A stretch of 61,751 nt of DNA from a virus (lineage: Duplodnaviria; Caudoviricetes). This document shows positions 18,757-28,145 of this stretch, piece by piece (position 1 is the first letter of the stretch; every line of letters starts with the position of its first letter). The notes beneath the pieces are model-generated. The model was given only the letters and a program-made list of their open reading frames with translations, had not been told where the DNA came from and did no database searches. The DNA is taken from positions 1-61,751 of IMG/VR virus record IMGVR_UViG_3300009149_010511; one strand, written 5' to 3'. The translations under genes and the position numbers were made by a program.

Positions 18757-19425
18757 ATGAAAATTGTAGAGTCGATTAAAGAATTCTATGCAAGTATGTC
18801 GGGTAAGGACAAGGCTGAAGTAAAGGAAATGCTTAATAACTTAAAGAATGAGGATTCTGCTAAGTATAAAGCTACTATCGAGGACTTAGAAAAAGAAACA
18901 GGAGCCCCTGCTAAAGAAGAGTTTGAGAAAGAAGATAGTCCTGAAGTTGATAAGTTTGCAGACAGGATGAAAAAAACTCTTAATGATGTACAAGCTAAGT
19001 ATATGAATCAGGATTACTTCAGAAAAATCTATGATGAAGTTAAAGGAAAAGCAAGACCTTTAATTGAAAGGCTTATGAAGCAGATGAGAGAGAAGATTAC
19101 AAACAAAAAATTCCTTGCTATCGCAGGTGCTGTTATTCTGTTTGGTATTGCATTGATTATATATTTCAATATGAAAAGAAAAGAAGGTGAACCTACAGCC
19201 GAAGCTATTCAAGAAGCAGTAGCTGGTTTTGAGCAGTCTGCTTTAACCGAAGCTGTAGCAGTAAAATTTTCAACTATAGCAGGACTCTTCCTAATTCTTC
19301 TAGGGTTTAAATATATTATACAACTACCTGACGATAGAGATAAGATGAATGATGCTGAGAAGAAATTATTTAACTCTGCAATAGGACACATAACTGTAGG
19401 AATGCTTTTACTTTTTGTAATCTAA
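18757..19425 (+). CDS. Membrane protein of the shared-TM-anchor family (start revised from 18727)
   Basis: GGAGG SD; NKKFLAIAGAVILFGIALIIYFNMKRK then ALTEA and two TM segments. Confidence 0.82.
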   Translation: MKIVESIKEFYASMSGKDKAEVKEMLNNLKNEDSAKYKATIEDLEKETGAPAKEEFEKEDSPEVDKFADRMKKTLNDVQAKYMNQDYFRKIYDEVKGKARPLIERLMKQMREKITNKKFLAIAGAVILFGIALIIYFNMKRKEGEPTAEAIQEAVAGFEQSALTEAVAVKFSTIAGLFLILLGFKYIIQLPDDRDKMNDAEKKLFNSAIGHITVGMLLLFVI

Positions 19426-19436
19426 AAGGAATAAAT

Positions 19437-21539
19437 ATGCCAACATCTCGAGACCAACTTCTCCATAAAGCAGGAATTGCCGAACTGCGTGATGGCTTAA
19501 CTCTTGAACTGTTAAGAGATAATCCTAACACAGGTTGGATAGTAAAGTCTTGCCGTACTAAGGATGCTGTAATAGGTGTACAAAAAATTAAAGGGATAGA
19601 AACTATCATTTGGTATGATGGTTCTTTCCTAGACGGCACGTGGCGTGGAGGAATTTGGCACTCGGGTCAATGGATGAACGGAACCTGGAAGTCAGGTGAA
19701 TGGAAAGATGGCACTTGGCATAAAGGTGAATGGAAAGATGGAACTTGGTATAATGGTGACTGGAAGTCAGGTACCTGGACAAATGGTACCTGGCTTGCCG
19801 GTAACTGGTTAAGTGGTAGTTGGTATGGTGGAAACTTCGGAACTGCCAAATGGCGCTATAGTACATGTATTTGGAAAAACGGAACATGGTATAATGGTGT
19901 ATTCAGAGGCGGTATATGGAGTGATGGTGATTGGCAAAACGGAACATGGAATGATGGTACGTGGAAAAAAGGTTCATGGAGAAATGGAACGTGGAAATCC
20001 GGAGAATGGGACAAAGGTGATTGGTATAGAGGAGATTGGTTAACTGGTGAATGGTATGGTGGTACTTGGTACGATGGTAAATGGAGAGATGGCAAGTGGG
20101 CTGATGGTTCATGGAAGTCTGGTGTCTGGTTTGACGGAACATGGAAAGATGGAACGTGGGAAAACGGAAAATGGCATAATGGTCTCTGGCTGAAAGGTTC
20201 TTGGAGAGGAGGCCATTGGTTTAAAGGAATATGGAAAGAAGGCAGTTGGAGAGCCGGAACCTGGTACGATGGTACGTGGCATTCTGGTACATGGGGTTCT
20301 GGGACTTGGAAAAGTGGTACTTGGATGACTGGAATGATTTTTGATCCAACTACTCAAAGATATATTGACTCTAATAAACCTCCAAAGGTTGTAGAGAAAG
20401 AAGAAAAGCAACAACATGATAATCCTTCTCCAAATGAGTCTGGTGTTTATATGCCGCAGCACCCTCAGCAAGACTCAACATTAGAGGAGAACAACATCTC
20501 TAAGCAAGGAGAAACAAGTCAGATGCACAATTTAACGTTACAGGAGATACTGCAAGATTCCTCAAGTTCTGTATATTTACCTATGTTACTAGGGTCACTA
20601 CGCAGTTTCCGTAAAGTATACATAGCTGTTAAAGATCAGGTTGAGAGCAAAACGGAAAAGGCTATTTGGGGCATCATGCAAACATTTTGTGCAACTCTTG
20701 GTATTACAGGAGCTGTCTTTCAAGAAGCAATAGTCTATAACATGCATTCAAAACACCCTGACTTATTTGAGAAGGGCATCCTTCCTTCTCGTTGGGAAGC
20801 TGCTAAAAAATATTTAAACAAAAAAAGACAGACAGCAGTAATTATACCTGAACTAAAGGAATGCGTCGATGAATTTTTAGTTAGAGTTTCTGGTAAAGGC
20901 AAACCTGCTATAAAGGTTACTTATGATGAAACGGTTGCTGGTTATACAGCACAAGCTTATACTATTGCTACAGGTACAAGCACAATCACACTTTATTTAC
21001 CGTCCATAGTACTAATGTATAGAGTTGCTAAAAAGCACAATGTTTCTTTTAAAGTAATGCTGATGGGAATCTTAATGCATGAATATGGACATATTGCCAA
21101 AATAAGCAGCACACCTTACGATGCGTTAGGTTATAAACTATTAAAAAGTGTAGTTCCTTACATAATCAGTGAATTTATCAAAAAGTTAGCAGTCGATGCA
21201 TTTATTAAGAAATTAAAGAAACGCTTAAACACTTTAGACGATAAGCAGAAGCAAAGAATACTTATTATAACGTTTGCTGCATTGATTGCGTATTCAATAG
21301 CACAGATACTTATTGTGGCAAGAGTAAACCGCAATGTGGAATATGAAGCTAACAGCTATTTAAACGCTGAAGAAAAGAAGGCGATGGCTATTTATTTCAA
21401 AGAAGGTGTTGCAAAAAAGCAAAAGGTTACGCCTATTGACCAAGGAAAGTTACATAAGATATTAAAAGAATTGTTAACTTTGTTTAATAAGTATCCTAAC
21501 TCTACTCAATTTATAAAAGATTTAACTAAGGAGTCATAA
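19437..21539 (+). CDS. Multidomain protein: Trp-Gly pentapeptide repeat plus C-terminal membrane Zn-metallopeptidase (M48-like)
   Basis: Roughly 45-48 WxxGx units; later ILMHEYGH (HExxH), a TM segment and EYEAN as a third-ligand-like motif. Confidence 0.75.
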   Translation: MPTSRDQLLHKAGIAELRDGLTLELLRDNPNTGWIVKSCRTKDAVIGVQKIKGIETIIWYDGSFLDGTWRGGIWHSGQWMNGTWKSGEWKDGTWHKGEWKDGTWYNGDWKSGTWTNGTWLAGNWLSGSWYGGNFGTAKWRYSTCIWKNGTWYNGVFRGGIWSDGDWQNGTWNDGTWKKGSWRNGTWKSGEWDKGDWYRGDWLTGEWYGGTWYDGKWRDGKWADGSWKSGVWFDGTWKDGTWENGKWHNGLWLKGSWRGGHWFKGIWKEGSWRAGTWYDGTWHSGTWGSGTWKSGTWMTGMIFDPTTQRYIDSNKPPKVVEKEEKQQHDNPSPNESGVYMPQHPQQDSTLEENNISKQGETSQMHNLTLQEILQDSSSSVYLPMLLGSLRSFRKVYIAVKDQVESKTEKAIWGIMQTFCATLGITGAVFQEAIVYNMHSKHPDLFEKGILPSRWEAAKKYLNKKRQTAVIIPELKECVDEFLVRVSGKGKPAIKVTYDETVAGYTAQAYTIATGTSTITLYLPSIVLMYRVAKKHNVSFKVMLMGILMHEYGHIAKISSTPYDALGYKLLKSVVPYIISEFIKKLAVDAFIKKLKKRLNTLDDKQKQRILIITFAALIAYSIAQILIVARVNRNVEYEANSYLNAEEKKAMAIYFKEGVAKKQKVTPIDQGKLHKILKELLTLFNKYPNSTQFIKDLTKES
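19611..20335 (+). repeat. Coding 15-bp-period repeat (WxxGx)n
   Basis: TGG recurs every 15 nt in frame. Confidence 0.9.
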
Positions 21540-21541
21540 CA

Positions 21542-23263
21542 ATGAGCACCATTAGACCTATATCGCATATTACAAATCAAACCTTAGATGGGGTTAAAGA
21601 AGGGTCAGACATAATTGCTAGCAAGCATGTTCGTCCTATTGACTCCGCATTAGCTTCTAGTAAGCAAGAAGCTGTAATGCCTGAAGGTGATGAAGATCCT
21701 AAAGGAACTGAAAAGAAAGAACCTTTAACTGAAGCATCTACAAAACTACCATTTAAACAGCACGACGAAAAACAAATGCATATGTTTAAAAAACAAATGG
21801 CGCATAAAATAGCTTTAGCTGTTAATGATGCAAAAGGTGATAAAGAGAAAAAGAAGGAAGCTACAAGACTCGCTAAAGAAATAATCAAGCTTGCTCAAAA
21901 TACATTCGGTAAGCATTATGCGTTTAGGGATACATTTTGTGATAATATAATATATTTTGATACATTCACTAAAGCTCTTATTTGGCAACTGTATGTCGCA
22001 ACAGGTAAAACAGTTAAGTTACCACAAGTAACAGAAAGTGTAACTAGCCCTAAGTCAACAGTAAGGGCTGAAATGTATCGTAATAATAAAGTATTATATG
22101 ATACTTTCTTTGAACAGCGTATTGCTGCAGCTAAAAGAGTTTTCCCTGCACTAAAACAGTTAGCAGAAGAATACATTACTAACGGTAAAGAATTTAAAGA
22201 ATTTTTTGAACAGGAAAAGGATAACTTAGAAGGAAGAGGTTTTCTGTTTCTTCCTTGGATAATTAAGTTAGTTACAGCTTGGTCATTAGAAGAGTGGCTT
22301 AAAGTTCATATAGATGATTATGATCAGGTAGCAGATTTGTACAATACTTTTCTTAAAATGAATGAAAGTAAGTTTATTGAAGAAGCAGTATCTGCTAAAT
22401 ACTACAAAGGTGAACAAGCAGCACCTAGTAAACTTTTCATAGACATTCTTCAAATAGACTCAGGTGTAGAGAATATGAATTATCTTCTTTATGGTTATAC
22501 AGGAACTAATGCTGTAACAGAGATACTTAATGAGAATAAACAAGCTAAAGTTTCTACTATGGAAGAATTAAAAGAAGCTAATAGAAAAGATTCAATGATA
22601 CCTATGTCTAAGCATGAAAAATTCGGCATCTCTCAATTGCGCGATGGCTTGACAATGGAAATGTTAGAACGAAGATTCAAATGGGTCTTAGAAGCGAAAA
22701 CAAGAAATGCTGTTTTAGGAATTTCTCAAAATTCAGACTCTAATAAAATATCTTTAGTCTGGTACTCAGGAGACTGGGAAGGTGGAGAATGGAAAGACGG
22801 TACTTGGATGAGTGGTACATGGCATAGAGGGACCTGGAACAAAGGTACTTGGGTTAACGGAAAATGGCACAAAGGTGATTGGATAAATGGAGAATGGCAG
22901 TTTGGAGTGTGGTACTCTGGACATTGGTATAATGGCACATGGAAGAATGGCCTTTGGGTCAAAGGTAAATGGCACAATGGTTTACATCAGTTAGGCTCTT
23001 GGGAAAATGGCATCTGGATTAAAGGAACCTGGGCTGGTGGAACTTGGAAAAGCGGTCTTTGGAATAATGGATTATGGCAGCAAGGAACTTGGGAACAAGG
23101 TACTTGGAAATCGGGCAAATGGAAAGCAGGCTCTTGGAAAGCTGGTAAATGGGGTAAAGGCTCAGTGTATGACTCTTCGAAAGATAAGTTTGTACATATT
23201 AAGATTAATCCTATGGAATACTATAAAACAGTTGAACACCTCGATGCCGAGGAAGAAGAATAA
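21542..23263 (+). CDS. Multidomain protein: helical domain shared with 24225/24849 plus C-terminal Trp-Gly pentapeptide repeat
   Basis: MY..K..Y....FPALK....Y...M...KF.....YY.G domain; GISQLRDGLT cap then about 27 WxxGx units. Confidence 0.78.
   Translation: MSTIRPISHITNQTLDGVKEGSDIIASKHVRPIDSALASSKQEAVMPEGDEDPKGTEKKEPLTEASTKLPFKQHDEKQMHMFKKQMAHKIALAVNDAKGDKEKKKEATRLAKEIIKLAQNTFGKHYAFRDTFCDNIIYFDTFTKALIWQLYVATGKTVKLPQVTESVTSPKSTVRAEMYRNNKVLYDTFFEQRIAAAKRVFPALKQLAEEYITNGKEFKEFFEQEKDNLEGRGFLFLPWIIKLVTAWSLEEWLKVHIDDYDQVADLYNTFLKMNESKFIEEAVSAKYYKGEQAAPSKLFIDILQIDSGVENMNYLLYGYTGTNAVTEILNENKQAKVSTMEELKEANRKDSMIPMSKHEKFGISQLRDGLTMEMLERRFKWVLEAKTRNAVLGISQNSDSNKISLVWYSGDWEGGEWKDGTWMSGTWHRGTWNKGTWVNGKWHKGDWINGEWQFGVWYSGHWYNGTWKNGLWVKGKWHNGLHQLGSWENGIWIKGTWAGGTWKSGLWNNGLWQQGTWEQGTWKSGKWKAGSWKAGKWGKGSVYDSSKDKFVHIKINPMEYYKTVEHLDAEEEE
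22759..23160 (+). repeat. Coding 15-bp-period repeat (WxxGx)n
   Basis: TGG recurs every 15 nt in frame. Confidence 0.9.
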
Positions 23264-23278
23264 TCTCAGGAGGATATA

Positions 23279-24208
23279 ATGACTAAACTAACAGAAAAGC
23301 AAGCACCTTGGCCGGTTCAAGGAATAAAAAATCAGCCACCTTATGATGTAAGTACATTTGCAGAAGGAGAAGCAGGGTGGTGGAACAAACCAAATGCTGA
23401 TCCTGTAAAAACAATGCTTCCTCCACAGTGGAAAGCAGCTCCTCTCAGAAGTGACGCTGCTAATATTGTATTAATTGGTAAACCGGGTGTAAAAGGTTGC
23501 TTAACAGCTACTCTACCTTACAAGACTACAATAGAAGTTGCACTGTATTGGGAGACGCCAGAAGAGGTTGCTGCTGGAAGGAGAAAAAACCCTTCTGCAC
23601 AGGAAATGTTAATAATGCGGTTCAAGCTTGAACCTTTCTGGGCTACACATTTTATTAACATCTTGGGAAGTTCAAACACCGAAAAAGAAATGCAAGAGAA
23701 GTTTGAACAGCTGGAACGAGAAGGATTCCCTGAAAGTAAGGAATCCACTTTAGATTCTGATATGCCAGAAGTTAGTTCTCAAGATGTCGACTCCTTACAA
23801 AAAGAAGCAGGTGTTGAACAAACAGGCGGAACAACTGATGTAGAGAACCCTCCTAAAGATTCACTCTGGCAAACATGTGTTAATAAAGCACGTGAAATGA
23901 AAGATAAGATTGCTAAGTTTCTTAGAGGAGTATTAGCAAAGATATCTGATAAACAGAAAAAGATCATTTTAATAATGCTCGCTATTACTGTACTTGCGAT
24001 TGCTCTTTACTATCTGTATAAGTATAAGAAACAAAACAGTAGTGCAGCGATTGCTTCCCTTTCTAAGAAAGAAGGCTTGTCTACTGTATCGGATTCAAAG
24101 TCATTGATCGGTACTATGTTTAAAGCTAAGCAAGCTATGGATAAAGGCAACGTTCCTGAAGCAGGTACACAAGCTGTTGCTTCTATGACTTATCTATTAA
24201 AACAATAA
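23279..24208 (+). CDS. Membrane-anchored protein; C-terminus paralogous to 4211
   Basis: W.TCVNKAREMKDK...IILIMLAITVLAIALYYLYKYKK...AMDKGNVPEAGTQAV. Confidence 0.8.
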   Translation: MTKLTEKQAPWPVQGIKNQPPYDVSTFAEGEAGWWNKPNADPVKTMLPPQWKAAPLRSDAANIVLIGKPGVKGCLTATLPYKTTIEVALYWETPEEVAAGRRKNPSAQEMLIMRFKLEPFWATHFINILGSSNTEKEMQEKFEQLEREGFPESKESTLDSDMPEVSSQDVDSLQKEAGVEQTGGTTDVENPPKDSLWQTCVNKAREMKDKIAKFLRGVLAKISDKQKKIILIMLAITVLAIALYYLYKYKKQNSSAAIASLSKKEGLSTVSDSKSLIGTMFKAKQAMDKGNVPEAGTQAVASMTYLLKQ

Positions 24209-24224
24209 TCTACTGGAGGAAGCT

Positions 24225-24830
24225 GTGGATAACGAAAGACAAACAATGGAGTACAAAGACTTTATTAAATCTGTTAATGAGCATCTGCAACAGATTAATG
24301 ACTCGTACGATGCTTATAAGAAGAAACTAGGCAATGCTGTAGGTTTCGTCTTAAACGCAATAGCAGATGACATAGCAGAAAGTGAAGGCTTTGCAGATTA
24401 TAAAAACCTTCATAGCAGAATTTTCTCAGCTTCCGCAGAATTCTATAGCAAGTATAAAGATACTTATAACACGCATTGGGCAAAAGGTATTGAACGTATT
24501 GCTAAGAACTTTCCTGCTATCAAAGAAACTTGGGATGAGTATATTAAGCACTGTAAAGAATTTGTAGAAGTACTAAAAGCTAATCCTGAATATGCTCGTG
24601 GCTACGAACAGTTTTATCTAGTTTCTTTAAGAGCTAGAAAATTACAAGATGTGCTCAATGAAGTTAACAAGCGCATTGAACTAATCAATCAAGCTAAACC
24701 AATGTCATCTATCAAGTTTGCACAAGAGTTTCTAAACATTTATTACTTATCAGGAAAATCTTCTGATAAGGCTCCAATGATGGGAATAGTATCAAACGAT
24801 GATTACTGGCATATGATGTTTATTTATTAA
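24225..24830 (+). CDS. Hypothetical helical protein (paralog of 24849)
   Basis: GGAGG SD with GTG start; FYSKYKDTY...FPAIKETWDEY...MSSIKFAQEFLNIYYLSG. Confidence 0.75.
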   Translation: MDNERQTMEYKDFIKSVNEHLQQINDSYDAYKKKLGNAVGFVLNAIADDIAESEGFADYKNLHSRIFSASAEFYSKYKDTYNTHWAKGIERIAKNFPAIKETWDEYIKHCKEFVEVLKANPEYARGYEQFYLVSLRARKLQDVLNEVNKRIELINQAKPMSSIKFAQEFLNIYYLSGKSSDKAPMMGIVSNDDYWHMMFIY

Positions 24831-24848
24831 TTAATAAAGAGGTTAACA

Positions 24849-25613
24849 ATGGCATTATCACAACAAGAATTAAAAGCAGCGAAAAGCGAGTTTAAAAAAC
24901 TACTCGCAAACACTCGTTCTATCTACATTCAGTACTATAAAGTATTAAAGTATGCTACGGGGAATATGCTGTTTGATATTTGTAAAGATGTTTTTACAAA
25001 AGAACACCCTACTTTTGCACCTTATAAAAAATATGAGGATGACACGACTCTTACACGTATGGCAGATACTGACGAATTTAAAGAGATTTATGAAAATATA
25101 ACCTCTAACGATAAGTCTAAAAGAGGTAGGATGTATAGACAGTATACTGATATATACAAAGATAGATTAGGTTTTGCTTTAAGCGAATTAGTTCGTGTAA
25201 ATCCTGAATTAAAAAAACTGTGGAAACAGTATCGTTCTTCTTTAGCAGACCTTACAGTATTTTATAAAAAGTATGGGAAAGACCTTGACCCTGACAAAAT
25301 GCCTTGGTACAAAAAAGCGTGGCGTTGGCTTGTTGGCAATCATAAAGATAGTATGGAACATTTTAAGCTAAGAGCAAAAGCTGTTAAGAAAGCTATAACA
25401 ATGGATCCTCTGAAGTTTGCAAACGCATTTTTGGATGTTGACTTCTTTGTAGGAAGAAGAGATAAAAATGATCTTCTTATATATGTTCTGTATGCTGAAG
25501 ACTATAAAATGTTAATCGCAGGTATTCCTTATAGCGAATATCAGACTAGGTACGCATCACAATATAAAGACATACAATTGCATGCACGCATTAACCCTAA
25601 AGATCATAAATAA
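24849..25613 (+). CDS. Hypothetical helical protein (paralog of 24225)
   Basis: MYRQYTDIY...NPELKKLWKQY...MDPLKFANAFLDVDFFVG. Confidence 0.75.
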   Translation: MALSQQELKAAKSEFKKLLANTRSIYIQYYKVLKYATGNMLFDICKDVFTKEHPTFAPYKKYEDDTTLTRMADTDEFKEIYENITSNDKSKRGRMYRQYTDIYKDRLGFALSELVRVNPELKKLWKQYRSSLADLTVFYKKYGKDLDPDKMPWYKKAWRWLVGNHKDSMEHFKLRAKAVKKAITMDPLKFANAFLDVDFFVGRRDKNDLLIYVLYAEDYKMLIAGIPYSEYQTRYASQYKDIQLHARINPKDHK

Positions 25614-25636
25614 TAATTAAGAAGGAGAACTACGTT

Positions 25637-26098
25637 ATGACAAAGAAAAGTTTAGAAAGGTTACAGGAAATTAAAGCACAGCAACAGGCTTGGGATGACT
25701 TAGTGAATGAAGCTAGAATGCATCCAGAAAAATATCAGAAGCTTACTGAGCTTGATTTTACTTCTAAAGACATAAATAAAGTATATGGATTCGTAATGAG
25801 GAACGGCTTACCTTTGTTTAATGCTACTTATGCAAATACTGAAACTAGAGAAGTAAAAGTTACTTTAAGGGATAATCAAAGATTTAGTTTTAATAAGGAA
25901 GGCGAATTATCAGATTTTATGGCTATAACTTCTGAGCCTGTTATCACATGGAAAGGTAATGAACCAGAAAAGATGGAAATTACAATAAAAGATGATGCAC
26001 TAATTGAGATATTTCGGCTTCATCATCAGACTATGGAACTTATTCCTATAGATGATGAAGCCAGTTTGAATAACAGAGGTGAGAAAACCAATGAATAA
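25637..26098 (+). CDS. Hypothetical protein
   Basis: AAGGAG SD, 153-aa ORF. Confidence 0.72.
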   Translation: MTKKSLERLQEIKAQQQAWDDLVNEARMHPEKYQKLTELDFTSKDINKVYGFVMRNGLPLFNATYANTETREVKVTLRDNQRFSFNKEGELSDFMAITSEPVITWKGNEPEKMEITIKDDALIEIFRLHHQTMELIPIDDEASLNNRGEKTNE

Positions 26099-26645
26099 TT
26101 ATGATAGTGAAGTTCTAATTAGGCTCCTGGAGAACTTTAATTCTTTTGCTAAGCCTGTTACGAAAGGTATTAGATATCGTAAAGAAGAGTTTGAGGTATG
26201 TCCTCATTGCGGAAAAGAGATTGGAGAGAAAGAACTTTCCTATGATGGCAAAGATTGGTTTCATAGACCATGCCATGACAAAGGACCTATCTCTTTAAAT
26301 GATAATATGTGGCAAGGACCTGTAACTACAGCAGACCCTAACGCTAATCTTGAACATGCTAAATTAACAGAAAGTCAAGAAGATGTTGACACAGCAGCAG
26401 CTGACTTTATTCATGCTATAGATATTGCTATTATGTTCTGCAGACAGCAAGATAATTATGGTAGTGCAATTCAGTCACTACTAACTTTAAGACACAAAAT
26501 AGACAATGCTGAAGAGTTTAATGCTAACATAATCGGTTACAAGATTCAAAAGACTTTACTTCGCATTAAAGATTCATTTGGTGAAGGCACAAAAGAATAT
26601 GATATGCTGCAAGCTGAAGCAGCTAATTTAGATAAATATACTTAA
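26091..26645 (+). CDS. Zn-ribbon-containing protein
   Basis: GAGGTG SD before ATG 26091; CPHC...HRPC. Confidence 0.7.
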   Translation: MNNYDSEVLIRLLENFNSFAKPVTKGIRYRKEEFEVCPHCGKEIGEKELSYDGKDWFHRPCHDKGPISLNDNMWQGPVTTADPNANLEHAKLTESQEDVDTAAADFIHAIDIAIMFCRQQDNYGSAIQSLLTLRHKIDNAEEFNANIIGYKIQKTLLRIKDSFGEGTKEYDMLQAEAANLDKYT

Positions 26646-26658
26646 GGAGATAAATAAA

Positions 26659-27060
26659 ATGGCATCGAAACAAGTAGTAGTTGAAGTTACTAAGTTTTTA
26701 CTAGCAAACCCGAAACCATCTGATTCTGAGATGCACGAATGGGCAAAAGGAAAAGGATTAGATATTCATGACGTAGAAGCTGTTTGTTACGAACTAGCAG
26801 CTAAGTTTATTGCTTTTATGAATTCAGGCAATGCTAAGAAAGTTGGTTTTACAAAAGGACAAGCTGATCCAGAACAACTTAAGATGGGAATTAAAGTTGA
26901 AATGGAGCACACTGACGATCCTGTGCTTGCTGAAAAAATCACTTTAGATCATTTGTCAGAAAACAGAGCCAGCAACAAGAAATACTATACTAAGCTTGAT
27001 GGGGTGGAAAAAGAACTTGAAGCTGAAGATAAGAAAATGGACGAAGAAGAAGGAAAATAA
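26659..27060 (+). CDS. DUF5661-like protein
   Basis: QLKMGIKVEMEHTDD...KITLDHLSE...YYTKL signature. Confidence 0.75.
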   Translation: MASKQVVVEVTKFLLANPKPSDSEMHEWAKGKGLDIHDVEAVCYELAAKFIAFMNSGNAKKVGFTKGQADPEQLKMGIKVEMEHTDDPVLAEKITLDHLSENRASNKKYYTKLDGVEKELEAEDKKMDEEEGK

Positions 27061-27461
27061 TGAATAACTATATGACCCCTTCAGAAGAGAAGCGCATTAA
27101 ACAAGAGTTTGTAACATACCTTAGAAAGGGCGACATTGACGCTAATATAAAAAGTGATCTCATTCGCATAAACAAAATCAAAGGTATTGCAACTCTTGTT
27201 TCCTGCGAGGGTCATAACAGTAAGTGTCCTTACATAGTGTTTGCTGTTAGCAAAGCACAAGAAAAGAAACTTAACGAATGGATCTCTTATTTCGTTAAAT
27301 TACATATAGACACAAAGAAACGATACAAAGTTAAAACTATTGAGATACCTTTGTACGACTTTGATGCAAAAAAGAAATCTGCAATCAAACCTGCTATTGC
27401 AGTGTACGGTGATGTTAAGTCACCAGAATTATTTAGAGAAGCTTTACACAAGCTTCGCTAA
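27060..27461 (+). CDS. TYW3-like (tRNA methyltransferase fold) protein, paralog 1
   Basis: DIDANI..L.RIN.IKGIATLVSCEGH..PYIVF resembles the TYW3 D..I....IN....T.SSCSGR motif. Confidence 0.55.
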   Translation: MNNYMTPSEEKRIKQEFVTYLRKGDIDANIKSDLIRINKIKGIATLVSCEGHNSKCPYIVFAVSKAQEKKLNEWISYFVKLHIDTKKRYKVKTIEIPLYDFDAKKKSAIKPAIAVYGDVKSPELFREALHKLR

Positions 27462-27471
27462 GGAGGTCGGA

Positions 27472-27681
27472 ATGACTAAAGGTATATTGACAGAGGTTGT
27501 CAAATTCCTGAGGGAAAATCCTTCGCCTAGTGAAGGCCAAGTACAATCTTTCGCTATTGATAATGATTTAAATTACACGACAGTTGAGGAAAGTATATTT
27601 CGCTTAGCTGGCATGTACATTAAAAGCTTAGATGGAAAATCAGAAGCTGGTCCAGATAATGTGGAGCAGCAGGAGGAATAA
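27472..27681 (+). CDS. Standalone copy of the N-terminal domain of 26659 (start revised)
   Basis: AAGGAGG SD; EVVKFLRENPSPSE...VEESIFRLA vs EVTKFLLANPKPSD...VEAVCYELA. Confidence 0.75.
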   Translation: MTKGILTEVVKFLRENPSPSEGQVQSFAIDNDLNYTTVEESIFRLAGMYIKSLDGKSEAGPDNVEQQEE

Positions 27682-27682
27682 A

Positions 27683-27934
27683 ATGACTTATAGTAGTTTG
27701 GAAAAACTTCCAATCAGTGCGCCATGTTTAAGGATATGGACATTCGTTGATGATGCAGATAGCAAAACTTGTAAGGCTATTTGGAATCACAGCTCAATTT
27801 TAATTATCAGCAAACTGGAAAGTATAACAGAAGGAGAAGATTGGAAAGAATTAGAACAGCGCAGTTTCCTTTATGCCAACTTTCATAGTATTCTGTCTGA
27901 TCAAATGCTTGAAGACATATTAGCAGCTATTTAA
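27683..27934 (+). CDS. Hypothetical protein (start revised from 27632)
   Basis: AGGAGG SD before ATG 27683. Confidence 0.7.
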   Translation: MTYSSLEKLPISAPCLRIWTFVDDADSKTCKAIWNHSSILIISKLESITEGEDWKELEQRSFLYANFHSILSDQMLEDILAAI

Positions 27935-27949
27935 TAGGAGTGTGAGACA

Positions 27950-28069
27950 ATGAGATTCTTTCAAGATCTAGAGTTCTGGATGTTGATTGGTTTAGTCTTT
28001 ACTCCGGTTGCTACAATTGGTTTAAACAAAGATTTCTTAATATTTTACTGGAGGACAAATGATTCGTAA
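27950..28069 (+). CDS. 39-aa hydrophobic peptide (not in ORF track)
   Basis: AGGAG SD; MRFFQDLEFWMLIGLVFTPVATIG. Confidence 0.5.
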   Translation: MRFFQDLEFWMLIGLVFTPVATIGLNKDFLIFYWRTNDS

Positions 28070-28145
28070 TGCATTTTGGATTGTTGTAGGTTTTATGTTG
28101 TACGCACTGTACGTGCTTGTTCCTATCAATGGAGGGAAGCAATGA
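28059..28145 (+). CDS. 28-aa hydrophobic peptide (not in ORF track)
   Basis: GGAGG SD; MIRNAFWIVVGFMLYALYVLVPINGGKQ; ATGA overlap with the next gene. Confidence 0.55.
   Translation: MIRNAFWIVVGFMLYALYVLVPINGGKQ

Noticed and set aside
19611-23160. Periodic TGG..GG repeats as a CRISPR array or non-coding satellite
   Set aside because: The 15-nt period is in frame with synonymous variation and no repeat-spacer structure; it is a protein repeat
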